Source: Escherichia coli
Lineage (GTDB): Bacteria; Pseudomonadota; Gammaproteobacteria; Enterobacterales; Enterobacteriaceae
Assembly: GCF_003334385.1 (NCBI RefSeq)
Contig: NZ_QOWN01000008.1
Direction: 5' to 3' (one strand)
DNA: 64,000 nt
The notes below the pieces were generated by a model. It ran no database searches. It saw nothing but the letters and a program-made list of their open reading frames with translations, and had not been told where the DNA came from. A program made the translations under genes and the position numbers. This document shows positions 40,146-55,056 of the stretch, piece after piece (positions within the stretch are counted from its first letter, which is position 1; every line of letters starts with the position of its first letter).

Positions 40146-40796
40146 TTACATGGCGTAGTAATACGCTTTCACCTGCTCCCAGTCCGCTTTGGGGATTGGC
40201 TCCAGATATTTTTCCAGCTGGCGGAAGTCATGATTAATCGCTTTATCGCGACGCAAGCGGCGACGACTTTTCTCCAGGTCAAGAAAACCAGCTTCTGCAT
40301 TACCTTCTGTTTTCACATAGATATGGCGAACATAACAACAGCCATGTTGACGATTAATGCTATGCATTTTCTTAAACGCCAGCGCCACTGCTTTCAACAT
40401 GGCTTGCCGTACTTCGTCAGAATAAGGCGATACTGCATGCTGGGCATACCAGTCAGCAATGCTGATGAACCCCGCCATATCTTCAGTCACCAGCAACGCT
40501 CGCCATTCACCCTCAATTTTCACCGCTTCACCAAAAACGATCTTCGGCACGATGACACCGGCCCGTTCCAGTTCTTTAATTACCGCAACCTCACGGACAA
40601 TCGTTGGTCGGCCGAACGGATAACGTACGGAATGAAACAGATGATGCGTCATGCGCTTTACATACAGCTTTTTGCCGTTGCGCTCGACGCATTGCACCCC
40701 GCTCATACCATTACGGCGATAGTTAGGCTCTTCAACCCAGTCGCCCTCTGTTGCCCACCAGTGATTAAATTCGTCGTACTTTGCTGAAACTGCCAT
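40146..40796 (-). CDS. inaA: InaA, acid-inducible Kdo/WaaP-family kinase-like protein
   Basis: 216-aa ORF MAVSAKYDEFNHWWATEGDWVEEPNYRRNGMSGVQCVERNGKKLYVKRM... Confidence 0.9.
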   Translation of the reverse strand: MAVSAKYDEFNHWWATEGDWVEEPNYRRNGMSGVQCVERNGKKLYVKRMTHHLFHSVRYPFGRPTIVREVAVIKELERAGVIVPKIVFGEAVKIEGEWRALLVTEDMAGFISIADWYAQHAVSPYSDEVRQAMLKAVALAFKKMHSINRQHGCCYVRHIYVKTEGNAEAGFLDLEKSRRRLRRDKAINHDFRQLEKYLEPIPKADWEQVKAYYYAM

Positions 40797-41010
40797 ACCC
40801 TATCGCCTGTCATTTTTATTAACGACAATGACTATAGGTGGTTACCTGAGGAAAATCTTAATGAAACGTGTCGTATTAATGAATTTCTTTTGCCACTACT
40901 AGCTTGACACCGCTTTTACCCTTCATTTGCAGCGCATAGATTCCACCAGCCACTACCACTAATAGTGCGCCCAGCAGATAAAATGTGAATTTAATCAGGC
41001 GGATACAGCG

Positions 41011-41217
41011 ATGAATTTTATTCGACAGGGATTAGGCATCGCCTTACAACCAGAGTTAACGCTGAAAAGCATTGCAGGTGAATTGTGTTCCGTTCCTCTC
41101 GAACCAACTTTCTATCGACAGATTTCGTTGCTGGCTAAAGAAAAGCCGGTAGAAGGCAGTCCACTGTTTTTACTACAAATGTGCATGGAACAATTAGTGG
41201 CGATTGGAAAAATTTGA
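41011..41217 (+). pseudogene. yfaH: C-terminal remnant of a LysR-type transcriptional regulator (yfaH-like)
   Basis: 68-codon ORF resembling only the C-terminal co-inducer-domain end of LysR regulators (GLGIALQPELTLKS...); no HTH N-terminus upstream. Confidence 0.45.
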
Positions 41218-41258
41218 TATGAGACAGGATGGCGCATGAACGCCATCCTGCAGTAACA

Positions 41259-42335
41259 TTACTCTTTATTAAGAAATTTTACTGCCTTATCAGGGAAATC
41301 AGTAAACAGCCCATTTACACCCGCTTTGTTATACAGAGCATCATATAACTGATTCACATCAGGAGTGTATTCAGGCAGTTTATCTGACCGCACGGTATAA
41401 GGATGCACTACCAGTTTATTCTGCTGAGCATCTTGCACCATGCCAGTGAGTTTGATATTACCCGGCTGCGATGTCTCCTCAATCAACATATGGTAATCCG
41501 GACCAATACCATCTGCATATTCCGCCACCTGTTTCATGGCACCCGGCTTAAACATCCAGTCGTAGTTGTAATTAACCCAGCTTCCATCCGGCTGTTTCTG
41601 CTGCGTTTCATTCCAGTCGGTATAGGCAATCAGCTGTACCAGATTGAGCTCCATGCCCATTTTGGGTTCCAGCTCATTCTTAATACGCTTCAGCTCATCA
41701 GCATCAAAACATTGCAAATAAACTTTATCGTCTTTACCGGTGTAACCATATTTCTTCAGCACTTCCAGCGTTTTTGCCGCAATATCCTTCCCTTCCTGAT
41801 GATGGAACCACGGCGCTTTGATTTCTGGATAAATACCGATATTTTTCCCGGTAGAGTGATTTAACCCCTGAACAAATTCAATCTCTTCTTCAAAGGTGTG
41901 CACCCGGAAGTCGGACTTACCCATTGGGAAACGCCCCGGATAAGTCTGCACTTTTTTACCGTTTTCAATATCGAAACCTTCGGTAAATTTCAACGACTTA
42001 ATTTCATCCAGCGTGAAATCTATCGCGTAGTAACGACCGTCTTTGCGCGCCCGATCCGGGAAACGATCGGCAACATCAGTAACACGATCGAGGTAATGGT
42101 CATGCAGAACAACCAGATTGTCGTCTTTGGTCATCACCAAATCCTGTTCCAGATAATCCGCTCCCTGCGCATACGCCATCGCTTTTGCTGGCAGCGTATG
42201 CTCCGGCAAATATCCACTGGCACCGCGATGGGCGATGACTATTTTTTCGTTGCTGTCCGCCGCCATTGCACTGCTTCCCATGACTATAGTGCTCATCATG
42301 ATCGCCATGCTAAGGTTTTTCAGCGTCAATTTCAT
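41259..42335 (-). CDS. glpQ: Periplasmic glycerophosphodiester phosphodiesterase
   Basis: ORF-track 377-aa entry trimmed to MKLTLKNLSMAIMMSTIVMGSSAMA... (358 aa); GDPD motif HRGASGYLPEHT. Confidence 0.95.
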   Translation of the reverse strand: MKLTLKNLSMAIMMSTIVMGSSAMAADSNEKIVIAHRGASGYLPEHTLPAKAMAYAQGADYLEQDLVMTKDDNLVVLHDHYLDRVTDVADRFPDRARKDGRYYAIDFTLDEIKSLKFTEGFDIENGKKVQTYPGRFPMGKSDFRVHTFEEEIEFVQGLNHSTGKNIGIYPEIKAPWFHHQEGKDIAAKTLEVLKKYGYTGKDDKVYLQCFDADELKRIKNELEPKMGMELNLVQLIAYTDWNETQQKQPDGSWVNYNYDWMFKPGAMKQVAEYADGIGPDYHMLIEETSQPGNIKLTGMVQDAQQNKLVVHPYTVRSDKLPEYTPDVNQLYDALYNKAGVNGLFTDFPDKAVKFLNKE

Positions 42336-42339
42336 GCCA

Positions 42340-43698
42340 TTAGCCTCCGTTGCGTTCTTGCAGTAATTGTTCATGGCGACGTTTTTCGCCAATCATCACA
42401 ACAATCAACAAGATAACCGCCAGAATGCTGCCGCCAATCATTACCATAAAGCCGCCATCCCAGCCGAAGAAGTCCACGGTGTAGCCAACAATCGCGCTCG
42501 CCGCCACCGAACCGCCCAGGTAACCAAACAGCCCGGTAAAGCCCGCTGCCGTACCTGCCGCTTTTTTCGGTGCCAGTTCCAGCGCATGCAGACCGATCAG
42601 CATCACAGGACCGTAGATCAGGAAGCCGATAACAATCATACAAATCATATCGACGGTTGGGTTACCTGCCGGGTTCATCCAGTAAACGATAGTCGCGATG
42701 GTCACCAGTGTCATAAAGAAAACGCCGGTTGCCCCACGGTTGCCACGGAAGACTTTATCCGACATCCAGCCGCACAGCAGAGTGCCCGGAATACCTGCAT
42801 ATTCATAAAGGAAGTAGGCCCAGGAGGATTTATCTAGCGCGAAATGCTTAACCTCTTTCAGATAAGTCGGTGACCAGTCGAGGATGCCGTAACGCAGCAG
42901 ATAAACGAACACGTTGGCGATGGCGATATACCACAGCAGTTTGTTCGGCAGTACGTACTGCATGAAGATTTGCTTCGCCGTCAGCTCCTGTTCCGCTTTT
43001 TCGTTATAGTCGTCCGGATAATCATTTTTGTACTCTTCGATCGGCGGTAAGCCACAGGATTGCGGGGTATCGCGCATCATCGCAAAGGCGAATAATGCCA
43101 CCAGAATGGCGCAGAAAGCAGGCATATAGAGCGCCGCATGCCAGTCATTGAACCAGGCCATCCCCAGCAGGAACAGCAGCGGCGGAATACCACCACCGAC
43201 GTTGTGCGCACAGTTCCACACTGACACAATGCCGCCACGTTCTTTCTGAGACCACCAGTGCACCATAGTACGACCACACGGCGGCCACCCCATCCCCTGG
43301 AACCAACCGCAGAGGAACAACAGTACAAACATCACCGCAATGCTCGACGTCGCCCATGGCACAAAGCCCATAAACAACATCACTGCCGCCGCCAGAATCA
43401 AACCTGCGGGCAGGAAAACGCGCGGATTCGAGCGATCCGATACCGAACCCATGATGAATTTCGAAAATCCATAAGCAATCGAGATCCCCGAAAGGGCAAA
43501 ACCTAAATCACCGCGTGAGAATCCCTGCTCAACCAGATAAGGCATAGCAAGCGCAAAGTTCTTACGAACCAAATAGTAAGCCGCATAGCCAAAGAATATC
43601 CCCAGGAAAATTTGCCAGCGCAATCGACGATAAGTCGGATCGATCTCCGCGGCAGGTAAGCGCGCTTTGTGTGGCGCTGGTTTAAAAATACTCAACAT
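42340..43698 (-). CDS. glpT: Glycerol-3-phosphate:phosphate antiporter (MFS)
   Basis: 452-aa [51 protein letters not shown]... Confidence 0.97.
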
Positions 43699-43699
43699 T

Positions 43700-43970
43700 G
43701 ATAGCCTCCGTGGCCCGTGGTCTTATTTATGATTAACAGCCTGATTCAGTGAGAGAACCTGCCGTTTCTTGAGTTGCCGCGATGTTAAGAAAACATTCAT
43801 AAATTAAATGTGAATTGCCGCACACATTATTAAATAAGATTTACAAAATGTTCAAAATGACGCATGAAATCACGTTTCACTTTCGAATTATGAGCGAATA
43901 TGCGCGAAATCAAACAATTCATGTTTTTACTATGGCTAAATGGTAAAAAACGAACTTCAGAGGGATAACA
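43700..43970. promoter_or_regulatory. Divergent glpTQ / glpACB control region with candidate CRP site and GlpR operator-like repeats
   Basis: TGTGAATTGCCGCACACA (43809-43826) resembles the CRP consensus TGTGA-N6-TCACA; repeated ATGAGCGAATATGCGCGAAAT-like half-sites between the divergent starts. Confidence 0.5.
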
Positions 43971-48035
<4,065 letters not shown>

Positions 48036-48046
48036 ACTCCTTTCTG

Positions 48047-48081
48047 ATGCCCGGTAAGCATGTGGTTACCGGGCATTTTTG
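48047..48081 (+). terminator. Rho-independent terminator after glpC
   Basis: Hairpin ATGCCCGGTAAGCATGTGGTTACCGGGCAT followed by TTTTT. Confidence 0.65.
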
Positions 48082-48227
48082 CGTACACGATTCCGTGCCC
48101 AATGTATGCGTTGCAACGCAGTGAAAATTCCTCTGAAAACGTCTCGCAAAGGCTGAAACTGGCAGATGTCAAAGGCCTGGGATAACCGTAATGTCGCGTC
48201 ATCATAAATATCAGGTGACGGACAACC

Positions 48228-49127
48228 ATGACCGAATCAACAACCTCCTCCCCGCATGATGCGGTATTTAAAACCTTTATGTTCACACCCGAAACCGCAC
48301 GGGATTTTCTCGAAATACATTTACCAGAACCACTGCGCAAGCTTTGCAACCTGCAAACCTTACGCCTGGAACCCACTAGTTTTATTGAAAAAAGTTTACG
48401 CGCTTACTACTCGGATGTTTTGTGGTCCGTGGAAACCAGCGACGGTGACGGCTATATCTACTGCGTGATTGAACATCAAAGCTCTGCAGAAAAGAATATG
48501 GCTTTTCGGCTAATGCGCTATGCCACTGCCGCCATGGAGCGTCACCTGGACAAAGGCTATGACAGAGTCCCGCTGGTGGTGCCGTTGCTGTTTTATCATG
48601 GCGAAACCTCGCCTTACCCGTACTCACTCAACTGGCTGGATGAGTTTGACGATCCGCAACTTGCCCGGCAGTTGTACACCGAAGCTTTTCCGTTGGTGGA
48701 TATCACCATCGTACCTGACGATGAGATCATGCAACATCGGCGTATAGCTCTGCTGGAACTGATTCAAAAGCATATTCGCGACCGCGATTTAATCGGCATG
48801 GTCGACAGGATCACCACGCTTTTGGTTAGAGGCTTCACTAATGACAGCCAGCTACAAACACTGTTTAATTATCTGCTGCAATGCGGCGATACCTCCCGTT
48901 TCACCCGTTTTATTGAGGAGATTGCCGAACGTTCACCACTACAAAAGGAGAGATTAATGACTATTGCTGAACGGCTACGGCAGGAAGGGCATCAAATTGG
49001 CTGGCAGGAAGGTATGCATGAACAAGCCATTAAAATTGCTTTGCGCATGCTGGAGCAGGGCTTTGAACGTGAGATTGTGCTGGCGACAACCCAACTCACT
49101 GATGCTGATATTCCGAACTGTCATTAA
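48228..49127 (+). CDS. rpnB: RpnB (YfaD) PD-(D/E)XK-type recombination-promoting nuclease family protein
   Basis: 299-aa [32 protein letters not shown]...; YhgA-like family recognised from translation. Confidence 0.88.
   Translation: MTESTTSSPHDAVFKTFMFTPETARDFLEIHLPEPLRKLCNLQTLRLEPTSFIEKSLRAYYSDVLWSVETSDGDGYIYCVIEHQSSAEKNMAFRLMRYATAAMERHLDKGYDRVPLVVPLLFYHGETSPYPYSLNWLDEFDDPQLARQLYTEAFPLVDITIVPDDEIMQHRRIALLELIQKHIRDRDLIGMVDRITTLLVRGFTNDSQLQTLFNYLLQCGDTSRFTRFIEEIAERSPLQKERLMTIAERLRQEGHQIGWQEGMHEQAIKIALRMLEQGFEREIVLATTQLTDADIPNCH
48957..49127 (+). CDS. Candidate intragenic small protein (56 aa) in-frame within the 3' end of rpnB
   Basis: In-frame ATG at 48957 preceded by a strong Shine-Dalgarno AAAAGGAGAGATTA at 7-nt spacing; the same RBS and start are repeated for ypaA. 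Confidence 0.4.
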   Translation: MTIAERLRQEGHQIGWQEGMHEQAIKIALRMLEQGFEREIVLATTQLTDADIPNCH

Positions 49128-49139
49128 AAGGAGAGATTA

Positions 49140-49325
49140 ATGACTATTGCTGAACGGCTGCGGCAGGAAGGACATCAAATTGGCTGGCAGGAAGGTAAAT
49201 TAGAAGGTTTGCATGAACAAGCCATTAAAATTGCTTTGCGCATGCTGGAACAGGGCTTTGATCGTGACCAGGTGCTCGCGGCCACCCAGCTAAGCGAAGC
49301 CGATCTGGCAGCGAATAACCACTAA
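49140..49325 (+). CDS. ypaA: YpaA, 61-aa paralogue of the RpnB C-terminal tail
   Basis: [64 protein letters not shown] with its own AAGGAG RBS; tandem diverged copy of the rpnB 3' end. Confidence 0.7.
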   Translation: MTIAERLRQEGHQIGWQEGKLEGLHEQAIKIALRMLEQGFDRDQVLAATQLSEADLAANNH

Positions 49326-49365
49326 TTAACACAGGCCCACAGCCGATCCCCATGGGCCTTTGATA

Positions 49366-50169
49366 TCAATAACTACCTTTTATGCGTGGCCCATTTTTGC
49401 CTGATTTAAACATCGCCAGTCGTTGATCCAGGGCATCGCTGTAGAGCATCGTGTCAACGCCAACAGCGACAAAGTTCGCTCCCCACGCCAGGCATTGCTG
49501 CGCCATATCAGGAGCCACAGCCAGAAAACCAGCCGCTTTACCCGCAGCACGGATCCGCCGAATACTGGTTTCAATAATTCGCTGCACTTCCGGGTGCCCG
49601 GCGTTATCCGGGTAGCCCAACGACGCAGAAAGATCCGCAGGTCCAATAAACACGCCATCAATCCCTTCGACGTCGAGGATTTCGTCCAGGTTATCCAGTG
49701 CCGTTTTACTTTCCACCTGCACCAACAGACAAAGCGAATCGTTAACTTGCGCCATGTAATTCTCAATGCGTCCCCAGCGCGCAGCCCGTGCCACACTGGC
49801 CCCGACACCACGCTCACCGTAGGGAGGATAGCGCGTGGCAGACACCACCTGACGTGCCTGTTCGGCAGTATCGACCATCGGGATCAGTAGAGTTTGCGCG
49901 CCAATATCCAGGACTTGTTTAATCAGCGGTTTACTGCCTTCCACCGGACGGATCACGGGTTGGCTGGCATAGGGCGCTACCGCCTGTAGCTGATGATAAA
50001 GATCCTGAATGGTGTTTGGCGCGTGCTCCCCGTCAATCAGCAACCAGTCATAACCAGAAGTGGCGGCAATTTCTGCCATATAGGCAGTCGTTGAGCTTAA
50101 CCACAGACCAATTTGCACTTCGCCCTTGCGTAAACGTTCTTTAAAGGGATTGCTTAATAATGCGTTCAT
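49366..50169 (-). CDS. rhmA: 2-keto-3-deoxy-L-rhamnonate aldolase
   Basis: ORF-track 368-aa entry trimmed to [24 protein letters not shown]... (267 aa); HpcH/HpaI aldolase family. Confidence 0.92.
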
Positions 50170-50186
50170 CGTGTTCCTTAACCTAT

Positions 50187-51476
50187 TTAATGATGTGCCA
50201 CGTCGGTCTGCGCAACAGTGCGATTTACACGCAGAGTGAAAATAATCAGCGAACCGATGACCGCCACCGCTGCCAGCGTCAGTAATCCCGCCGCATCGCT
50301 GGCAAATAACGTTTCTGCTTTCACGCGCAGGATCGGGGCAATAAACCCGCCCACTGCACCAAACAGGTTTACAAAACCAATTCCCGCAGCCAGCGCCGTA
50401 CCGGAAAGCAGTTGTGTCGGCATCGTCCAGAACACTGGCTGCACGGCAATAAACCCGATAGCTGCAACACACAGCGCTACGATCGCCATTACTGGAGAAA
50501 GCAGCCCGGACAGACCAATACCAATGCCCGCCGCCAGTAATGTCAGCGCTGCGACATTACGCCGTTCGCCGGTTTTATCGGAATAGCGCGGAATAAGCCA
50601 GGTCCCAAACAAGGCCGCAACCCACGGAATGGCGGTGACCACCGACGCTGTAAAGCCCACTTTTGTTCCCAGCAATGCCGCAACCTGGGTCGGCAGGAAG
50701 AAAATTAATCCGTAAACCGCCACCTGAATGGTCAGGTAGATAATCGCTAGTTGCCAGACTCGGCCATTACGCAGCGCATCGCTCAGCCGAGAAGTCACTT
50801 TCTGTTGTTCTTCACTTGCCAGTTGATTGATAAGCAACGTTTTTTCTTGTTTACTCAGAAAACGTGCCTGCTCCGGTGTGTCATCAAGCCAAAAGAATGT
50901 GAATACCCCAGCACCGACTGCCAACAATCCTTCAATCACAAACATCCAGAACCAGCCGGGATGCCCCATAAATCCATGCATCTCCAACAGCGCGCCGGAA
51001 AGCGGTGATCCCAGTGTTAACGCCAGCGGTGCGCCCATATAGAACAGCCCCATAATGCTGGCGCGATTACGCTGCGGAAACCATTGCGAGGTGAGATAAA
51101 TCATACCAGGGAAAAATCCGGCCTCCGCAGCACCAAGCAGAGTGCGAACTATCAGAAATTTCGCTTCAGTATCGGCCCATGCCATGGCTGCCGAAAGAAA
51201 TCCCCACAGCAGTGTTGTCGTACCAATCCAGGTTCTGGCCCCCAGTTTGCGCATCAAAAGATTCGCCGGAACACCCAGAAACGCATATACCACAAAGAAA
51301 ATGCCTGCTCCCAGCGCATAAGCTTCATTACTCAACCCGGTATCAATCTGGTAGGTCTGTTTGGCAAAACCGATATTCGAACGGTCGAGAAACGCCAGCA
51401 CATACAGCGCCAACATAAACGGAATTAAACGCACACGGTTTTTCTTCACCACGGCGTCAAGCAAAGCGGTGCTCAT
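50187..51476 (-). CDS. rhmT: L-rhamnonate MFS transporter
   Basis: ORF-track 442-aa entry trimmed to [14 protein letters not shown]... (429 aa); 12-TM MFS profile. Confidence 0.9.
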
Positions 51477-51532
51477 AAAAAGCTCCTTAGAATATGTGGG
51501 CGTTACCGTTGTCACAGCAACGCCCGGAGTGA

Positions 51533-52738
51533 TTAGTGGCTGTAGGGGCGTTTCAAATTGCAGTCACGATTGAGTTCGACGCCAAAACCGGGTTTATCAA
51601 GCACTGATTTATGAATACGACCATTCACCGGAACCGACTCATTGAGCAGAATCGGGTCAAACTGCGGACGCATCGTTGAACAATCCGGGCTGGTCATCAG
51701 GAATTCGCTGAATGGCGTATTGGTGAAGGTGATCACCGCATGGTGAGAGTAAACAGACGAACCGTGCGGCACCACCAGTTGCCCCCTGGATTTGGCGATT
51801 GCGGCAATTTCCACCAGCGTGGTTAAACCACCGCACCAGCCAACATCCGGCTGCATAATGTCGATACCGGTTTCTGAAAGCGTACGAAAAGATTGCAGTG
51901 TGCCGTGGTGCTCACCGCTGGTGACCATCATTCCGACTGGCGCGTTGCGTTTCAGTTCGCGATAACTTTCATACTGCTGTGGCGGCAGGCACTCTTCGAT
52001 CCATTTCAGGTTATAGGGCGCGCAAGCGTGGGCCAGTTTGGTCGCATAGTTCACGTCCTGACTCATCCAGCAGTCGAGCATTAACCAGAAATCCTCACCG
52101 CATTTTTCACGCATATCCGCGACCATAGCGGCATCTTTGCGGATCCCCGCATCGCCATCATGTGGCCCCCAGTGCGTCGGCATTTTGCCACCGATAAAGC
52201 CCATCTCTTTTGCCAGATCCGGACGCGCACCTGTGGCGTAGAACTGAATCTCATCACGAACAGCGCCGCCTAAAAGTTTATAAACCGGAAGCCCGACCAC
52301 TTTGCCGAACAGATCCCACAGAGCCAGATCGACACAAGAAATCGTATTCATCACCAGGCCACCAGAGCCGGAGTAATACAGGGTGGCACTGAGCATTTGA
52401 TCGTGGATCAGTTTGATATCACTGACACATTTACCCTCAATGAAACGGTTAAGATGTTTTTCGACAATAAAACAGCCCATTTCACCGGCTGTCGAAACGG
52501 CGAATCCGGTCTGGCCGTTTTCTGCTTCGACTTCAACAACCAACGTGCCAAGAACGTTAATGCCAAATGACTGGCGTGACTGCTCGTAATCGCGGTATTT
52601 ACTCATCGGGGTGGCAATATGATCGTCTATCCAGTGATTCGCCCCCTGGTCGTGATAATCACCGCCGCCAGCGCCTTTTTCTGCTGTCGCACCGCCAGTA
52701 AACCAGGCGCGAACCTGTTTAATTTTTGGTAGGGTCAT
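51533..52738 (-). CDS. rhmD: L-rhamnonate dehydratase (enolase superfamily)
   Basis: ORF-track 405-aa entry; start taken at [13 protein letters not shown]... (401 aa); mandelate racemase/enolase-family motifs. Confidence 0.92.
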   Translation of the reverse strand: MTLPKIKQVRAWFTGGATAEKGAGGGDYHDQGANHWIDDHIATPMSKYRDYEQSRQSFGINVLGTLVVEVEAENGQTGFAVSTAGEMGCFIVEKHLNRFIEGKCVSDIKLIHDQMLSATLYYSGSGGLVMNTISCVDLALWDLFGKVVGLPVYKLLGGAVRDEIQFYATGARPDLAKEMGFIGGKMPTHWGPHDGDAGIRKDAAMVADMREKCGEDFWLMLDCWMSQDVNYATKLAHACAPYNLKWIEECLPPQQYESYRELKRNAPVGMMVTSGEHHGTLQSFRTLSETGIDIMQPDVGWCGGLTTLVEIAAIAKSRGQLVVPHGSSVYSHHAVITFTNTPFSEFLMTSPDCSTMRPQFDPILLNESVPVNGRIHKSVLDKPGFGVELNRDCNLKRPYSH

Positions 52739-52752
52739 GATGTTCTCCATTG

Positions 52753-53535
52753 TTATGAGGCTTGTAAGTCAAAGGGACTTTTCCATCCCAACAGACGTGA
52801 AATATCCCTGGCGCAGGCAATGGCCTTGCCCGCCAGATAATCACGGTATTCTTCATTGATTTGTAAGCGGGTACCGACCACCGAGATCGCAGCGGTAAGC
52901 TCGTTATTGGCGTTAAACACCGGCGCAGCGACACAACGGACATCGGCGTAATCTTCGCCGTTGTCATAGCTCCAGCCCTGACGGCGAATACGCGCCAGTT
53001 CTTCGTGAAGTTGCTGTGGATGAGTAATCGTTGTGGGTGTCGCCTGCTCCCAGACCAGCCCTTCGATAATACTTTGCTGTACCGCTGCAGGTTGCCAGGC
53101 AAGCAGGCATTTACCTATTCCGGAGCGATAAAGCGAAAGGCTTTTTCCTTCATGGGAACGCACGCTGATAGTGGCTGATGACTCCACTTTCAAAATGTAA
53201 TAAGCGCTGCCGTTATCAATAATCCCCAGGTGACATAACAGCCCGGTGGTATCCATCAGTTGCGTCAAACGCGGTCGAGCCAGTTCCCGGAGATCCATCT
53301 TGCTTAACGCATGACCGGAAAGCTCCACCAGCCTGGTCCACAAACAAAAATTTTCCTGGTGATCAAGGCTAAGAAAACGCTGACGCCTGAGTTCATTAAG
53401 CAGCAAATAGGCCGTGCTTTTAGGGATTCCCAATGTGTCAATGATCGTCGCAGCACTACAGGGGCCAATGCGGGCAATCAAATTGAGAATATCAATAGCC
53501 CGTGTCAGGGCGGGAACTTTGCTTGATTCCAACAT
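52753..53535 (-). CDS. rhmR: IclR-family transcriptional regulator of the rhm operon
   Basis: 260-aa ORF with N-terminal HTH ([36 protein letters not shown]) and IclR effector domain. Confidence 0.9.
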   Translation of the reverse strand: MLESSKVPALTRAIDILNLIARIGPCSAATIIDTLGIPKSTAYLLLNELRRQRFLSLDHQENFCLWTRLVELSGHALSKMDLRELARPRLTQLMDTTGLLCHLGIIDNGSAYYILKVESSATISVRSHEGKSLSLYRSGIGKCLLAWQPAAVQQSIIEGLVWEQATPTTITHPQQLHEELARIRRQGWSYDNGEDYADVRCVAAPVFNANNELTAAISVVGTRLQINEEYRDYLAGKAIACARDISRLLGWKSPFDLQAS

Positions 53536-53754
53536 ACTGGACTCCAGTCTTAGATACTGGAATCAGTCTCGTTGCTCAGGGGGAGTAAAATTGTGAAGCG
53601 CATCAAATCCCGCTCCTCGTCCAGCAGACTGGAGAAATTACGCACAAATTTGTGAATCAGCGCACGGATTTTTTCTTATTGAGTACAACAGGTTGGACAA
53701 ATTTTGCCGGAGGGGGAATGTGCCGGTGCAGTAAACCGGCACAGAGTGGCGGAA

Positions 53755-54957
53755 TCAGACAGATAAGGTCATGGACTCAACAACCTCAATCCAGCCATGC
53801 TCACTGGCGATATCCTGGCCGTTTAACCAACGGCGCAGCATATTCAGTGCCATCATTGCGCACACTTCCTGACGGATAGCCAGGCTGTAGCGCGTAGTGC
53901 TGAAACGCACACGCAGAGCGAAAGTGCCGTCTGGCGTGGCTAGCGCAAAGTTGAGATGCTCGTTCTCGAAACCCGAAACAGCCAGTGCCAGCCCGGCAAA
54001 ATGGTTGGCCCGCCGTTCTGTAATCCAGTGCGCAGTTTGCGCCAGGGTTTCCTCCTGTGAAGGAACCACTTCACACGCCAGCAATGGAGCACCTGCGCGA
54101 GAAAGTTGCAAAGCCAATAAACCACCGGTGAATTGCTCGCTCAACGTCAGGCTGAACTGGCGGTTTTGCAATTCGCGACTGATCTGCGCGGGCAGTCCTT
54201 CAGTGCCTTCGAAAATCACGCTCTGTCCGGCAACACGTTTAACATCCAGCCACAGTTTTTCCATCGCCTGTTGCTCGCTTGCCGGTCCGGTGAGTTTCAG
54301 TTCGATGATAGGCATTGAGGAGCGATAGCCCATTGTTACGCCCGGCGGCAGTTGTAGAGTGTCCAGGCTTTGTGCCAGATCGCTTTCCGAACGACCAAAA
54401 GTAGTCAAACGCAGACAAACCGGCGGCTGCGGTAAAGAAAAACGCTCGCGCAGGCGCGGCAGGATTTCGTGCTCGACCATCACCTTAAATTCTGACGGTA
54501 CGCCGGGAGTAAAGAACATCAGGCAACGATTAAGCTGCACGGCAAAACCACAGGCGGTGCCTACCGGGTTATTGATAAATTCAGCACTGGCAGGCAGCTC
54601 CGCTTGTTTACGGTTGCTCGGTGCCATTACTCGTCCACGTTCGTGGAAATAGCGTTCCATCTCTTTGAGCCAGGCTTCATGCAGCACCAGGCCTTCACCT
54701 TTTGCTGTCGCAGCGGCGAGTGCGCTTAAATCATCGCTGGTCGGTCCCAGCCCGCCGTTAACGATCAGCACATCGGCGTGCTGACTACGTTCGCGAAGAA
54801 TGGTGACTAAGTCATCAAGGTTATCCCCCACCGTATTGCGGCGAGATAATGGCAACCCCTGATGAAAGAAAAAATCGGCCAGCCAGGCAGCGTTAGTGTC
54901 AACGATTTGCCCGTGTAACACTTCATCCCCGGTGGATAACATTTCCACTTTTAACAT
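53755..54957 (-). CDS. yfaY: YfaY, CinA-like molybdopterin-binding domain protein
   Basis: 400-aa ORF MLKVEMLSTGDEVLHGQIVDTNAAWLADFF... typical CinA N-terminal MoCF-binding domain. Confidence 0.88.
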   Translation of the reverse strand: MLKVEMLSTGDEVLHGQIVDTNAAWLADFFFHQGLPLSRRNTVGDNLDDLVTILRERSQHADVLIVNGGLGPTSDDLSALAAATAKGEGLVLHEAWLKEMERYFHERGRVMAPSNRKQAELPASAEFINNPVGTACGFAVQLNRCLMFFTPGVPSEFKVMVEHEILPRLRERFSLPQPPVCLRLTTFGRSESDLAQSLDTLQLPPGVTMGYRSSMPIIELKLTGPASEQQAMEKLWLDVKRVAGQSVIFEGTEGLPAQISRELQNRQFSLTLSEQFTGGLLALQLSRAGAPLLACEVVPSQEETLAQTAHWITERRANHFAGLALAVSGFENEHLNFALATPDGTFALRVRFSTTRYSLAIRQEVCAMMALNMLRRWLNGQDIASEHGWIEVVESMTLSV

Positions 54958-55027
54958 GGTTATCTCCTGCTTTTGTTATCGAATCACTATAACGCAAAGG
55001 GAGATAAGGCGTAGTAAGAAACTGAAT

Positions 55028-55048
55028 GGCGCGACAGAATGCCGCGCC
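55028..55048 (-). terminator. Candidate rho-independent terminator downstream of yfaZ
   Basis: GGCGCGGCATTCTGTCGCGCC hairpin on the minus strand followed by a T-rich stretch, ~10 nt after the yfaZ stop. Confidence 0.45.
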
Positions 55049-55056
55049 GGAAGGGA

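Larger units (their letters stand above)
48941..49325 (+). repeat. Tandem ~190-bp diverged direct repeat (rpnB 3' end and ypaA)
   Basis: Unit 48941..49127 and unit 49128..49325 both begin AAGGAGAGATTAATGACTATTGCTGAACGGCT(A/G)CGGCAGGAAGG; estimated by eye at ~85% identity. Confidence 0.8.

Noticed and set aside
40230-40787. 185-aa plus-strand ORF antisense to inaA
   Set aside because: Fully overlapped by the inaA coding sequence on the other strand; no RBS and no recognisable domain.
40860-41010. Short minus-strand hydrophobic ORF (...FTFYLLGALLVVVAGGIYALQMKGKSGVKLVVAKEIH) in the inaA-glpQ spacer
   Set aside because: No ATG with a Shine-Dalgarno at a plausible start (a stop lies two codons upstream of the first candidate); cannot be supported without conservation or expression data.
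48228-49127. yfaD/rpnB as a transposase or IS element
   Set aside because: The protein belongs to a family sometimes labelled transposase-like, but no terminal inverted repeats or target-site duplications flank it and synteny is uninterrupted; better explained as a chromosomal Rpn nuclease gene.
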